DNA of 64,000 nucleotides, taken from the NCBI RefSeq assembly GCF_000150275.1, contig NW_002060946.1, forward strand, positions 7,359,973 through 7,423,972, in the 5' to 3' direction. The translations under genes were made by a program, and so were the position numbers. The notes beneath the pieces were generated by a model that searched no databases, was not told the DNA's origin, and saw only the letters and a list, made by a program, of their open reading frames with translations. This document shows, in pieces, positions 40,924 through 55,609 of the stretch. This DNA comes from Trichoplax adhaerens (taxonomy: Eukaryota; Animalia; Placozoa). Every line of letters begins with the position of its first letter. The first letter of the stretch is position 1.

Positions 40924-42736
40924 ATGAATATCAAATTACTTTTGATCGCTTCGTTGCTTTGTTTGGCAGTAGCCGTCAAAGCTGATGAAGTTCCTGCCGA
41001 AGTTGAACAATTTACTGATGAATTAAAAGAAGACATTCCTGATGAAGATGAATCTGCGTTAAAAGAAGCAGATGAAGAAGATGAAGAATCCGCCTTGCAA
41101 GATAGAGAAGATTCAGATGAAGATGTTATAGAGGAACAAGACAATGCTGGAGTTCAGGTATTACGTCTTCCTGGGGGTTATATCAACTAACGTTTTAAAG
41201 TTAACTTGTGGCAGTTATAAAAGGTCCAAACAATCTTAGTGTAGCATTTATCACCCTACAGTATCATGATAGTAACAACTTACAAATAGGCGAGAAAAAC
41301 AATATTTAAAAGGCGATACAAAAACAGAATAAGAGATAGTGCTAATTTTCGAGTTTACACAAGCAAATGAAATATTTACTGTAAGTAGGTGATGGCTAAA
41401 TAAAAATAAATTTAGATTCAAGGGAAGTTGAATAGGTTTATGTGAGTGATAATCGAGCATAAATTGGAGAGTGTACTCGTTTTGTTCTAGAGGATCAGCG
41501 GAAATCGCAATTTTTCATCAGTACTTACGATACTTGCTATGGCATTCAATAATATCAACTATACTAATCGCTATTATACCCTATTCTACACATCTAATCT
41601 ATCTCCATACGCTCAACGACTCTGCTAGTAGATACTATTACAGTTATTGTTAATTCCTTTATTATACTATTAAAGTTTCAAATTACAGAAAAGTTTTAAC
41701 ATGGTTTATTTATCGCATTTTAGAAGTCGTGGCGTCGTCGACGTTTTGGAAAGAAAGCCGACAAAGCACAAGTAATTAACTTCCAATGATCAGTAATTTA
41801 CATTACTTGTACTAAATTTTTAAAATATATGGCAAGTGTACTTTTTGAATGCATAACACATTTTAACAAATTATGCTGTACGACAATAAATTGCCCTACA
41901 GTTGTAATTAGCATGACATATTAATTACAATCTGTATCACTTTTACAAATTAGTCTTGTAGCCGTTTCGATAACCATTAGCTATTAAACGAAAATTATAC
42001 ATTTACAAATTTTAGAAATGGTGGCGTCGTCGTCGTCGAAGATTTTACTATGGCAAAAACGGCGATAATATTAAGGCCCAGGTAAAAGATTAGTTTCTGC
42101 TGGAATGAGTAACATTACTTTATTTTCCAAGCGAAAACAAATATAAACCATTAGCAGTATATGACCTCGTGATTATAAATATCGATTTTTATTAAGCTTA
42201 ATTACTAGATATTTAAATTTGTTCAATCGCGCATATTGTAATAAAATTGCCACAATAACCATGTAAGATCGAGTTTACTTTTATTAAATAAACAATTATG
42301 AGATTGCAAGTAAAAATTACTGAAATAGACTTCTTACGATTGTGTCTAATATATTGAATGCTTGAAAATAGAAATGGTGGCGCCGTCGTCGTCGATATCG
42401 GTATTATTATGGAAAAGATGGTGATAAAGCACAGGTAATATTAGCTATAATTATAATTTTACCTTTATGTAAAAGGAAAACTTAGATTCTGGTAAAGAGT
42501 CTTAAAATTTAGTTTATTGGTTTATAGTATAAATCTAAACATCAGTCTATCTTAACGTTAGACTTTAAGTTATATTTTTACCCCAGTATATTGTAATTTA
42601 TTTACCGGAGTTCCGGAAATTCTTAGATTTGTAACATTAAAATAAGCGATGTACTCTAATGTTAATTAAAATTGATATATTTCAGAAATGGTGGCGTCGC
42701 CATCGAAGACGTTATGGGAAGAAAGCCGAAAACTAG
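40924..42736 (+). CDS. Secreted acidic-propiece / Trp-Arg-rich peptide precursor, gene B (4 modules, 153 aa)
   Basis: Exons 40924-41157 (signal MNIKLLLIASLLCLAVAVKA + acidic pro); 41724-41771 KSWRRRRFGKKADKAQ; 42016-42081 KWWRRRRRRFYYGKNGDNIKAQ; 42372-42434 KWWRRRRRYRYYYGKDGDKAQ; 42686-42736 KWWRRHRRRYGKKAEN*. All phase 0 with canonical AG/GT. Confidence 0.9.
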
Positions 42737-44032
42737 ATTATGGAAGAGCATGTACTGTATTTACTATACCTACAATAGATTTTAGTATCAAAGTTACTTT
42801 CTCACTTGTTTATGATAGCAGTCATATAGTACTTATGTCCTCAATCACAAGTTGTTCGACTATAAAAAATCAGAAGATTAAATTTTAGCAAATTGTTTAT
42901 CCTAGTAAGTCCGCGAAATCTAATATTCTCTTTATCGCTCATTGCATTTATTTATAGGGATACATTTTGAGAACAAAAAACCATTACGTCTAATTTGGCA
43001 TAAAATATTTGCAAATATTTTTTAAACTGTCAGAATGACTGCCCTGTTAAAGTTTTAAAAGAATAAGTAGTTAATTCGACGTTAGAATCATTCAGTTAGT
43101 AAGTTAGGTATTAGATTTAACGTGATTTATATAGCAATAGCACATTCTTTAAGGCATTGTATCTGTGATTTACATAAATATGGTATCCTTGCTGCCGAAT
43201 AAAGATTACAGGATTTTTCGAGATTGAAAATGTCTATGATATTTTTGAAGAATAAACGTGATCACATTGTTAATGTCAATAAAGCGCATTAAGAAGAGTT
43301 AGTAAAACAGATTTTGTGACAAGGCACATAGTTTACAATTAGTAGGAAAAAGAACAATAAATGTGAAATAAAACCTTCATGATGCTATTCAGTAGTAGAT
43401 TTTAATCTACTTCAAGTCGTTTTAGAATAATTAATAACCATTTCTGTGCCTTGATAACACGAATCCTTATAATTATTAGTATTTTTATGCTTAATATTGT
43501 TACGATATAAGTTCTGGGAAATAAAAGTCTGATCGGTTGTAGGTGCTCCGACAATTATCACTGATAGCTCTTCGCTATAACGTAACGTATGAATTTGGGT
43601 GCAATATTAAAAGGTATAATCGTTTTACTAAATCATAACAAACATGCATTTGAGTTACTTAAGAATTGACCATTCGGTTTTTCTTGCATTTGCAATATTT
43701 GCCGGCGAATGTTGTTTAGCTTAAAAAAATAATAATATTATGCTACTCCTGTTTCATTACATGCAATACATTTATACCATGGAACACTAAAGACCAGTTC
43801 TATATCAAAGTATACATACTAAAATCGATTGATAATCTTTCAATTAAGGATTGCTATATTGTTTCGGTAACTAAAGAACGCCTAGTTTGAAGCTAAGAAT
43901 GAAGGTATCATTAACAGTACTGTAGTGCTGAATTGAATCACATTATGCAGAACAGTGGTGTATTACCAAAGTTTCATTGCACAAAACTAGAATTACTCAA
44001 GCTCGTTAATATCTTATGAGACATCAGATATT

Positions 44033-44546
44033 ATGACTAAAAAATAAAAGATTTTCAAGAAAGTAAGTGTTACGTCTACACTCCGGAATATTCCATACAT
44101 TCGTAAAAATTTTCGTATGGCGATAGGATGACCTTCATTTAATGTGACTTATTCGTCAAGAGTGAATGAAAGAGTTAACGTTTACCGAAGGACATAATTT
44201 TCGTTACTAGAATTACAACGTAATATATGCTGTAACTTAATTTCTTTGTATGCTATTACTTTAAAGAAGAGCTATACAAAGTTCAAGTAAGGTTCAAGCA
44301 AGGTTTAAGTAGTAATGAATTGTATCTAGGCGTTATTTAGTTTTAAAAAATTCAACGTCATTCCTGCGGCGATTATGTGTATTGTACAATAGCGTCGGAT
44401 ATGGGGTGATATTTTTTATTGTAATACACGTAGATCCTAAATTATTTAATGATGATTCAGGACTTGAAATCACAAAAGAGTTCATTGAGCTTACCGTTAA
44501 CAACTGTCAACGTTCATCTGACAGCACTGAGAAAATAGATTTTTAC
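44033..44546 (+). repeat. Near-identical copy of 56903-57417, running into the assembly gap
   Basis: atgactaaaaaataaaagattttcaag...ctgacagcact.agaaaatagatttt occurs in both places. Confidence 0.9.
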
Positions 44547-44596
44547 NNNNNNNNNNNNNNNNNNNNNNNNNNNNNNNNNNNNNNNNNNNNNNNNNN
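44547..44596. other. Assembly gap (50 N)
   Basis: Run of N bases. Confidence 1.
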
Positions 44597-45802
44597 TGAT
44601 TAGTATAGAGTTTTCCTAATCGTTATATTTTGCATGTTAATTGTACTTTGGACAATAAAATACTATGTCTATCTGAAGAGGTTAAGAGACTGATTCGTTT
44701 TTATGATCACTTCGTGATTAATTAAGAAATTGTTTCAAAAATATTATTTCCGAGATAAATGAGTTTCAGTAGCAATTAAATATCATACATTAATTTACTC
44801 TAACATTAATTGTGATTTTCGATATACTTCAAAAGAAACGAAATAATAGGCTTGCTTTTGTCTATTGATAAAGTTTACGAACATATGTTGTAGAATGTTT
44901 CTAAGTTTTGCCAGATCTTTCTAAGATAGTGTTGAAAAGAAATGACATGAAGGCAAGTAGTAAATATCGTACTTAAAGCAATATCTTTAAACTTAATTTA
45001 ACATCTTCCAAGGAAAATTTCAATCGCCTAAAGAAATCATATCACTGAAATAACTATAGCTTTCGTCGTATCACTACTACAATTGTGATACGGATAACTT
45101 TCTAAATATGAAAGTATAGCTAGCTCTAACTTGGTTGCTACTAAGTGTCTTCAGCCACTTTGACCTAATTAAACTACCTTAGTCAGTTAAGTACTTATGA
45201 AATGCTTCACTCTAGGTAAAAACCTTTAATAAATAAGCACTTTCACTACAGTTTCATCAATTGTACATATTTCTCCTTTCAGATATTTAAGTATGAAGCT
45301 CTTTATACCTTTAGCAAGGTTAGCACGTACACAAGTGATATTCAAAACATATACAAATTATACATTCTCTATAGTAAATTAATTCTAATATAGATTTATA
45401 TGAGATTCATTCCTATTAATTCATTTTACTCGCTATTTAGTTGGACAATTAACCACTAGCCATACTTTCTTGCAATAATGTACGAAAAAAATTAATTTAA
45501 AGATACCACCCCAAATTCCCATTGACAACACAATTTAAAACTAATCTCTATCACTACAACAGTTTCTGAAATTAACAATCGAATCATATTTCCAAGAACA
45601 GTTTTGCGAGCGCAAATTACACTATTTTATTAATTAAAGAATATTCTAGTAAACATTTATGATTTTAATTTATCTTTATGTTATCTATACTGTAGCTAGC
45701 TGTTAGTAGTGAAGAAAGTTGGCTAGCTTATTTATTCACTTCAGATATGGGTAGACCTTATTGACAGCGTGAAAATTCTAATGCGATATAATAGTAACCT
45801 AT

Positions 45803-46873
45803 TGTCACAAAACAGCTTTGCAACAAGATAACGTAATGTACGATCAATAAGTCAATTCCTAGAACCACGTATCAAGGAATGATATCTGCACTATCACAAA
45901 CACTTTTGCTCTACTAGCAGACTACAGAAAGACTTAGACGCCTCGTATTTTACGTTAAAAAACTAAGTTTGAGAATCCACTTTATTACACGATATACTGC
46001 ATTTATATACTATCCCTCAACAGTTCATAAGTCATAGTTAGTACGATTAACTTTGGAATTATTTACTGAATTAGATATTAATTATAGCTACTGTTCCCTT
46101 AATGCAGACAACAATATTTACGAACATAGACATCTGGTGACTAATACAGAATAGTCAGATTACGATATGTCCTATCGCGGAACATTTCCACGATAATTTA
46201 CAATCTACCGTAAGTAAATTACAATCACAATGATTCGAACTGCAAGTAGATGATTTGCATTCCCTATTATAACTATTAATTTCAGTATGTGTATATGTGT
46301 CTCTGTCATTGTCACAAACCAGCTTCGTGACAAGGATAACGTAAAACAAATCTCTAAATTACTATAGTCTCCGGGATTCATTATCCCTACTTACAAGAAT
46401 TTAGACGCCTTTGATTCTACGTTAAAACAACTATACAATTGAGAACTGCTTTATTCAACTATCTGACGGGTTTATATACCCTTCTACAGCAGCTAACATT
46501 CACAAGTCATCTTATAAAAATACTTGGGTGAGAACATCTACTAACTAGTTTTTCACAGTCGGACTACAATATGTCCATTCACAGAATCATTTCAGTACAC
46601 ATTACAGCACAGCAATAAATTTACTGTAACACATTTATAATTAGAGTAATTCCTATTGTAAGTAACTAGTTGTAATATAATATCACTATATTATATTAAC
46701 CTAATTTAGATAGCTATTTCTTCACGGTAGTTCGTACCGTGACAGTCATAAAAAGTCAATGCTATATTAAAGTACAGTATATCCAAATTAGAAGCTAACT
46801 AAATAAAGATAGGCTAACAAACTTATCCTAACATAGATATTTCTACTCTAATACAGTATATAACACCGTCACA
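45803..46873 (-). mobile_element. Solo-LTR-like insertion (outer element) with TSD CCTAT
   Basis: Absent from copy 1 (empty site agtaaCCTATactaat near 38256). Starts TGTCAC, ends ..TCACA, flanked by CCTAT at 45798-802 and 46874-878. TATA/AATAAA signals lie on the minus strand. Confidence 0.85.
46310..46744 (-). mobile_element. Related solo-LTR-like element (435 bp) nested in the outer element, TSD GTCAT
   Basis: TGTCAC...GTGACA perfect 6-bp terminal inverted repeat; GTCAT at 46305-309 and 46745-749. Its sequence resembles the outer element (tgtcacaaa.cagctt, ttagacgcct, tacgttaaaa). Confidence 0.85.
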
Positions 46874-49545
46874 CCTATACTAATAATCTATACTAATAGT
46901 TACAATAGTTTGTAACCATTAATAGTGTAGTGACATTGTTTAGTTTTCGGGCAAGTTTAGATTTTTTGTCCTATATCTATTACTGGTACAATATATTGTA
47001 AGAAAAATTAGTTTTTAACTCATAATCATTTTGTAACTGATTGTTGTATAAGCTGTGAATTTTTTCCATAATAATTTTGATGATATGATTATAATTATAG
47101 CTAGATATTCTTTATAGTAAACTGAACCTAACTTATATGATAAAGTGAAGTTTACGTACAAGAAACCTTAATTCTGTTTATTATTTCGAAAACACTTTGT
47201 CACAAATATAACTTGTACCATATCGTAATTCCTTAATTTAAATAATAAGTTAAGAGTGACTGTAGACTTTCGTCATTTTATATTTAATACGACTAGTTTA
47301 TGACCAATTAAGACGTAGCTTATCTGGCTCTTACTCAAACTAAACAAAGTAGAAGAAAGAAAAACATTCATTAACTTTAGATTTTTCCTTGGGGCTAGTA
47401 ATTAATGATGTTTACTAAACTGTAGCACGAATGAATGAAGCTCGCAATCCTATAAAACTATTGTTAAGGTGTGACCTTTCAGCTCAAAAGATAATTTTGA
47501 TGCAAATCAATGTATAAATCATTAACAATAAAATTTGTTTAGCAATCTCGGACGCCATTGAATTGATGAAAATAATAGGAAACACAGCATGTATCAAACA
47601 TTTATTCGAATATAATCAGGCTTCCTGCTTTAATTATAATTGCATATGATAATGTCTTAGATCTGTCGTCAAGCAATTAAACTGTTCCCTGGAGTCATAT
47701 TAATGACTTTGTTATAATAACGGAAGCTTGTTGTTAATTTTATTGGGTCATTGATGACTATTCAATTTTGTAAGTGTATTTTAATCAGACACTGTAGTTG
47801 ATTATACCTGAATTTTTATGAATTATCATGCATTTAAAAGTCGATATGCAAAGCACTTTTTAATGATTGAGTATAATTGGCTAATATCAGTAACGGACCT
47901 AAACCGAACTATAATGTTTGAACGAGCATATTACGGTATATAGGAGTTTATCCGACTGATTTATAAGAATAGCTGCCGATAACGTACGATTACTGTAGTA
48001 CTAATTTAATGGGACGCCTGAAGATAATAGAGCTTTCCGTCTGAAATTTATAGTCCCTTTAAGGAATGAACCTAGTTACCGTACTAAATAAGGAATACGG
48101 TAATTACATGTCAGTATGAAAAGACATAATTAGAAAAAGTTACCTGAAGATTACTTTTCAATTTTGAAATTTACTGCATATAAAACCATGCAAATATCAG
48201 ACAGTCAAAAACAATTAGCTGCGTTTCTAGTAATTATTTTATAAAAATAGATGGTAAATTAGAGATAAAGAAGACATATAAAATCAGTGCTTTAATAGCA
48301 TAAAGTTTTAGGAATCTTTGAATTTATTCAAATTGCTGCTAAATGATAACAACAAAGGAACATTTGTTTTATTATCCCTTCATTGTCCCCTTAAGGATTC
48401 ACGTTTTGCAACTATAGAAGACCGAAACATTTTATTAATTTGTTAAATAATATCAAATTGTAATATCGGGATACTAAGGCTCGCCTATTTATTACACTAA
48501 TGTACTTAAAGTGCTAACCATGATTACTAACATTATATTATTAATAAGCAGATCCACATATTTACTGCATATACTGACACAAAGTGATTGTATAGATCAT
48601 TTATAAACACAGATCCTATATCAGCGGAGTTTGTTAGTGATTACAATAATACGTTTGTATAATGCAAAGTCTACAATATGCGAACTGCTTGCTAGTCGAC
48701 CGATTCAACAAGTAGTTCACTAATTGTCATTGATATTTTTATTGCATTCATGACTTACGTTTTAATTTAATTGGGCATAATCTAGGCTATTGCGCGTGTA
48801 GTAAAACCATAGAATTTATGATTTATAGCTATCATCACGTTTCATTTAATATCTGAAGTATAAAAAGGTTTAATATGGACGTAAAGATTGCTGCCAGAAA
48901 TATTACTCTACTCGTTTTTTCAGTTGATTGAATTATCAGTGGTGCTTTGATATGTAATGCTGCGGTTATTGTCAATGAATCATTTATTGCAACTTAATGG
49001 ATTAAATTGTTAGGGGCCATAACTGACGTCAGAGAAGTTCATACTGCCCGCGGATATTTGATTATTATTGATTTAGACAAAACATAATTAGTAATGATCA
49101 AGGACTGCCCCGTTTTATTTCATTTCAACTGCCAAGTTTATTGATGTGCAACACCTTTATTCATCGAAGTTCTAATGAATACTAAATGTCAGGTTCCATT
49201 GAGTTACAAAGAGTCCATTAAGGTTCTATTATAATCATAACATTGCCGGTATTTGGTTTTTCTCTCGCATTAGACCTTAGAAGCGCAGGTATATAAAGTT
49301 TAACCCACTTGATTCGCTGTTCGTATTTTCCTGCAGTGATTAAAAAGGACAAGGTAAATTTTAATAACAAGTGGCTATATTAGATAAATTAGTTATAATT
49401 TCCGTAATTTTTTCTACCATATTTAACCCCGAAATTTAAGTGAAGTAAACGATAATGCTTTAATTCTTGCCAATGTAGGTAGAACTTAGATCATGAGTAA
49501 ATAATAATATCAAGAAAACTATTTCTGTACTGATTTAGGTTTTCG

Positions 49546-51310
49546 ATGATATCAAATTACTTTTGATCGCTTCGTTGCTTTGCTTGGCAGTAGCCGTCAA
49601 AGCTGATGAAATCCCTGCCGAAGTTGAACAATTTACTGATGAGTTAAAAGAAGATATTCCTGATGAAGATGAATCTGCGTTAAAAGAAGCAGATGAAGAA
49701 GATGAAGAATCCGCCTTGCAAGATAGAGAAGATTCAGATGAAGATGCTATAGAGGAACAAGACAATGCTGAAGTTCAGGTATTACGTCTCCCTGGGGATT
49801 GTATCAATTAACGTTTTAAAGTTAACTTGTGGCAGTTATAAAAGGTCCAAACAATCTTAGTGTAGTATTTATCACCCTACAGTATCATGTTTACTGTAAG
49901 TAAGTGATGGCTTAATAAAAATAAATTTAGATTCAAGGGAAGTTGAATAGGTTTATGTGAGTGATAATCGAGCATTAATTGGAGTGTACTCTTTTTGTTA
50001 AAGAGGATCAGTGGAAATCGCAATTTTTCATCAGTACTTACGTTACTTTCTATCGCATTCAATAATATCAACTATGCTAATCGGCTACTACACTATTCTA
50101 CACATCTAATCTATCTCCATACGCTCAACAACTCTGCTAGTAGATACTATTACAGTTAATGTTAATTCCTCTATTATACTATTAAAGTTTCAAATTACAA
50201 AAAAGTTTTTAACATGGTTTATTTATCGCATTTTAGAAGTCGTGGCGTCGTCGACGTCGGAATTTTGGAAAGAACGGCGACAAAGCATAAGTAATTAACT
50301 TTCAATGATCAGTAATTTACATTGCTTGTACTGAATTTTTAAAATATATGGCAATTGTAATTTTTGAATGCATAACACAATTTAACAAATTGTGCTATAC
50401 GACAATAAATTGCCCTACAGTTGTAATTAACATGACATAGTAATTACAATCTGCATCTTTTTTACAAATTAGTCTTGTAGCCGTTTCGATAACCATTAGC
50501 TATTAAACGAAAATTATAAATTTACAAATTTAGAAATGGTGGCGTCGTCAAAGATGGTACTATGGCAGAAACGGCGATAATACTAAGGCCCAGGTAAAAG
50601 ATTAGTTTCTGCTGGAATGAGTAACATTACTTTATTTTACAAGGGGTAAAATAGCTGTAAATCATTAGCAGTATATTTAAATTTTTGGTGAATGTTTAAA
50701 TCGCGCGCCTTTTTATTAGATAACACGTATAAGACCGTACGATTATAAATATCAATTTTTATCATGTTAAATTACTAGATATTTAAATTTGTTCGATCGC
50801 GCACATTGTAATAAAATTGCCACAATAACCATATAAGATCGAGTTTACTTTTATTAAATAAACAATTATGAGATTGCAAGTAAAAATTATTGAAATAGAT
50901 TTCTTATGACTGTATCTAATATATTGAATGCTTGAAAATAGAAATGGTGGCACCGTCGTCGCCGATATCGATATTATTATGGAAAAGATGGTGATAAAAC
51001 ACAGGTAATATTAGCTAAAATTATAATCTTGCCTTTATGTAAAAGGAAAACTTAGATTCTGGTAAAGAGTCTTAAAATTTAGTTTATTGGTTTATAGTAT
51101 AAATCTAAACATCAGTCTATCTTAACGTTAGACTTCAATTTATATTTTTACCTCAGTATATTGCACTTTATTTACTAGAGTTCCGTAAATTCTTAGATTT
51201 ATAACATTAAAGTAAGCGATGTACTCTAATGTTAATTAAAATTGATATATTTCAGAAATGATGGCGTCGCCGTCGAAGACGTTGGTACTATGGCAAGAAT
51301 GCCGAAACTA
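49546..51310 (+). pseudogene. Pseudogenised precursor copy C (paralog or allele of gene B)
   Basis: 1-nt deletion after the ATG (ATG ATA TCA AAT TAC TTT TGA); CAA>TAA at 50288-50290 at the end of exon 2; TGG>TGA at 51259-51261 in exon 5. Module exons at 50237-50290, 50534-50593, 50942-51004 and from 51256. Confidence 0.88.
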
Positions 51311-54300
51311 GATTATGGAAGAGCATGTGCTGTATTTACTATACCTACAATAGATTTTAGTATCAAAGTTACTTTCTCACTTGTTTATGATAGCAGTCAT
51401 AGAGTACTTATGTCCTCAATCACAAGTTGTTCGTCTATAGAAAATCAGAAGATTAAATATTAGCAAATTGTTTATCCTACTAAATTCGCGAAATTTAATA
51501 TTCTCTTTATCGCTAATTGTATTTATTCATAAGGATACCTCTTGAGTACAAAAAAGCGTTCTGTCGAATATGGTATAAAATATTTGCGGTATTTTATATT
51601 CTGTCAGAATGACTGCCCTGTTAAAGTCTTAAACGAATAAGGAATTAATTCGACGTTAGAGTCATTCAGTTAGTAATTTAGGTATTAGATTTAACGTGAT
51701 TTATTTAGCAATAGCATATTCTTCAAGGCATTGTATCTGTCTGTGATTTACATGAATATGGTATCCTTACTGCCGAATAAAGATTGCGATTTTCGAAATT
51801 GAAAACGTCTATGATATTTTTGAAGAATAAACGTGATCACATCGTTAATGTCAATAAAGCGCATTGAGAAGAGTTAGTAAAACAAAATTTTGTGATATGG
51901 CACATAGTTTACATTCAGTAGAAAAAGAACAATAAATGTAAAATAAAACCTTCATGATGCTATTCAGTAGTAGACTTTTATCGATTTCAAGTCGTTTTAA
52001 AACAATTAATAACCATTTCCGTGCTTTCATAACATGAATCAATGGAAGAGCTATGGATAACATCGTAGGCTTATTTGCTTTTTGAAATTTACCAGTAATT
52101 ACTACGACTATACACTTCTTATCCTCCTACCTTTGTGTAGAATACATACGCGTTAATTTGAACGGGAACTTTGCTATTATCAATAATTATTGATATTTTT
52201 ATGCATAATATTGTTATGAGACATGTTGGGGCATGAAAGTCTAATCGGTTGTAGGTACTCCGACAATTATCACTGATAGCTCTTTACTATAACGTAACGT
52301 ATGAACCTGGATGCAATATTAAAAGGTATAATCGTTTTACTAAATCATAACAAACATGCATTTGAGTTACTTAAGAATTGACCATTAGGTTTTTCTTGCA
52401 TTTGTAATATTTGCCGGCGAATGTTGTTTAGCTTAAAAAAATAATAATCTTATGCTGCTTCCGTTTCGTTACAAGCGATATATTTACACCATGGAATACT
52501 AAAGACTATTTCTATATCAAAGTATACATACTAAAATCGAATGATAATCTTTCAATTAAGGATTTGCTATATTGTTTCGGTAGCTAAAGAATGCCTAGTT
52601 TGAAGCTAAGAATGAAGGTATCATTAACAGTACTGTAGTGCTGAATTAAATTTCATTCTGCAGAATAATGGTATTACCAAAGTTTCATTGCACAAAACTA
52701 GAATTACTCAAGCTCGTTAATATCTTATGAGACATCTGTTGAAATAACTTGTTTACTCTCGATGCAAATAATGGGTCTTTATATCCTATATCGTAATTCA
52801 GAAAATTGCTTGATTTTCCCGTTTTCTTTATTATTTCCTATCTATAAATGACTTAATTAAAGGCTATAGAGTAGGTATACCTTGTTACTGTTAGTATTAC
52901 ATGAGAATTAATTAGTACACTAGTAAGTAAGGTAGTAATGTNTAAGCTATCATTTAGATTAACACCTTATTATTAAGCATTTTTGTTGCTCTCATAAACG
53001 GCGGAAGTTGCAATAGAAAAGTTAACCCTATTCGAAGGATATTGTATATTACTACTGTAGTAAAGCACTATGGTATGTCGCAATTACGGTTTTGTGCTCT
53101 TGGCATGTGGGACAAGTACCTACAAATTAGCAATATCATAATACATTTAACTAAAGCTCCGAACTGCTCGCTACACGTTGTGCTCTTATATCTGATCTAG
53201 CAGTCGTACGACTATAGACTTTACAGTAAAAATCCGATGATTGGTTACAAATAAGCTTTATCACATTTCTTGGCACAGTACTCTCACTATACCGAATATA
53301 ATTACAGTTGAAACTAAGCTATGATGGATATCGTACCCATTAGTAATCTCCATCCTTAATCTAGAATTATAGCAGGTATTTTTTCTGAACTATCGTCTTC
53401 CATATCAATTAATCAGCCCATTAAGTTTAAGCAATCGTTCTTACGTATTTCGGTAGCAAATAGTAAGACTTACCTAGTTCAAAATAGATAAATTAAGGTT
53501 TCTTTATACTATCATCAAATTAGCAGAATTGCAGGCTTCAGCAAAGTAGGTCTGGCTTTTCTCCACTTAAGGCCATCTCAGACAGCCAAGTATAAGATTA
53601 TGTACAATGTCTTCCATATTAGAGTTAACGTATCATTATCTGATTCATCTTAACTAGGTATTAAATCCATCTTTTACAGTCTCGAGTTAGTATGTCTACT
53701 ATAGAATATCTACATTCGGGAATCTATCGCTAAATTTAGGAATTACCATCGTAACAGAATAATAGTTATCCACTTATGGTTAAAGCTATACAACGTAAAT
53801 ATTGAAATGACCGATCTTGGTCATACTGTATTCATTTACACTATATTTAGTAATAGAATTACATAAGAACCTAGATAACACTCGACATCCCCTTATATAG
53901 TCTAAATCCACATATTTACGTATAGCAACTACTCACGGTAATTGAATACCATGACACAAATGCATTAATTTTAATTTGAGTTAGTTAATGAATAACATAT
54001 ATAAGAATTATTGACTATTGTATCATGAAATAAATGAATTGAATTTTAAGTTATTGATGTGATGCTATCGGATTTAACAATGCGTAACGTATTGATAACT
54101 GTATGCATCTAATGCATTAATATTAGTTTTACATAGATAATGACCTAAAATAATTTAGCTCAATGCAAAATGACAGCGATAATTGCTACGTATATGTGCT
54201 CGGTCACACAAATGGTACGAACATTAGAGTAGTTAAGAATGTAGTTTATTGGAAAGAATAACTTGCTCGAGAACTGGTGAATAGTAGAATACAGCTTTAG

Positions 54301-55609
54301 AAAGAATAATTTGCTCGTATAGAATCCGTAGATCATACACAACTCCAGGAAAGAACAGCGTGTTATGTAAAATATTTTTATAAATTACAGTTAGAACATG
54401 TTTATAACGTATGATAACAACATGGCTAAGCAATATTGGTAATATTGTTCATTTATTAACTAAGAACTATACTGAACTTTAATCTGAAATGAGTCATATG
54501 CCATAATATTGTAAATTAAAAAGTACACGTACGGTACGTATAGGTTTTATACGCTACGTGAAGTTTGACTAGCGTGGGCTATACTACTCTGTTAGAAGTT
54601 GATAACATGTCTTCAACTGCAGACTATAATCTCAAGTACGAAAAAGACAATCTCTTTGTGTTAACTTAACTACTTATATCCTTAGCCTTTTTACAACCCG
54701 AAGATCATAAATAGAAATTACTGAACAACATTTATCAACTTCTAGACTCAATATAAGAACGAAATTCTACGATTACTGTAGCTTCTTACGAAATTTAAAC
54801 TGGAGCATCCTTAGTATTAATAACATGACCATACTTGTACTTGTTATTACTAGCTCCATAATGTTAATAACAGCATTACAACTGGTGTTTACTCCTAAAC
54901 TTAATTTGAGTTAGAATTTAAAGCTATTAGCTTTTAATGATATTACTAGAGATACTGTAGGTCTCATCTATATAGCGATAATTTTATCCTCAGTACAGTC
55001 TTACAATTAAGTTTAGAGGATGTTAAAGGGCGGTAACATACCATAATTTATTGAATACTATGGAGGACTTGATCAAGTATGCTAATGAGAATCACTGAAT
55101 ATAACATTGTAATATCATTAAACCAGTTATTCAATACTCATAGCTTCAGCCAAGTTCTAAGCTAGGTTCATGTACAACCCAGATGCATTGGTGCTATGGT
55201 TAACCTTTTGTATAGGCAATAGATACAAATAAATAATGATTTAGCGCTAGGGCTTATTTACGTAGAGATCGGCTGAGCTAATTAACTCAAGGAATGACTT
55301 TTATCATTTTATATTGTATCAATTATGATCATCCTCTTGTGATGGCAAATAAAGTTTTGTCAATTAAGACTGGACTATTTACTAGCGCTTACGCTGGCTC
55401 TGTCTTATTTGCGTTCAAATTTATATCTGAAGATTTTACGAGATAAGCCTATCGCTTTGTGCTGGTGAAATTAACATCAAGTAGAATATTTACTGTTAAA
55501 ATAATAGAAATGAATTGTTTCTGAAGTTGCGATATTACAGTCAGCGTAATTAGAAACGAAGTGATATAGTGACAAGCTTAAAGTTATTTACATAGCTGAT
55601 AATTTTTTC

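Larger units (their letters stand above)
37060..44025 (+). repeat. Segmental duplication unit, copy 1 (upstream region + gene B)
   Basis: Colinear, high-identity match to 44597-52736. Its part 38380-40950 also matches ~61112-64000. Confidence 0.95.
44597..52736 (+). repeat. Segmental duplication unit, copy 2 (contains pseudogene C and the nested LTR insertion)
   Basis: Colinear with 37060-44025 apart from the 45803-46873 insertion and small indels. Confidence 0.95.

Noticed and set aside
41724-42736. Protamine-like or nuclear-localisation interpretation of the poly-Arg runs
   Set aside because: A clear N-terminal signal peptide and G-K processing motifs indicate secretion.
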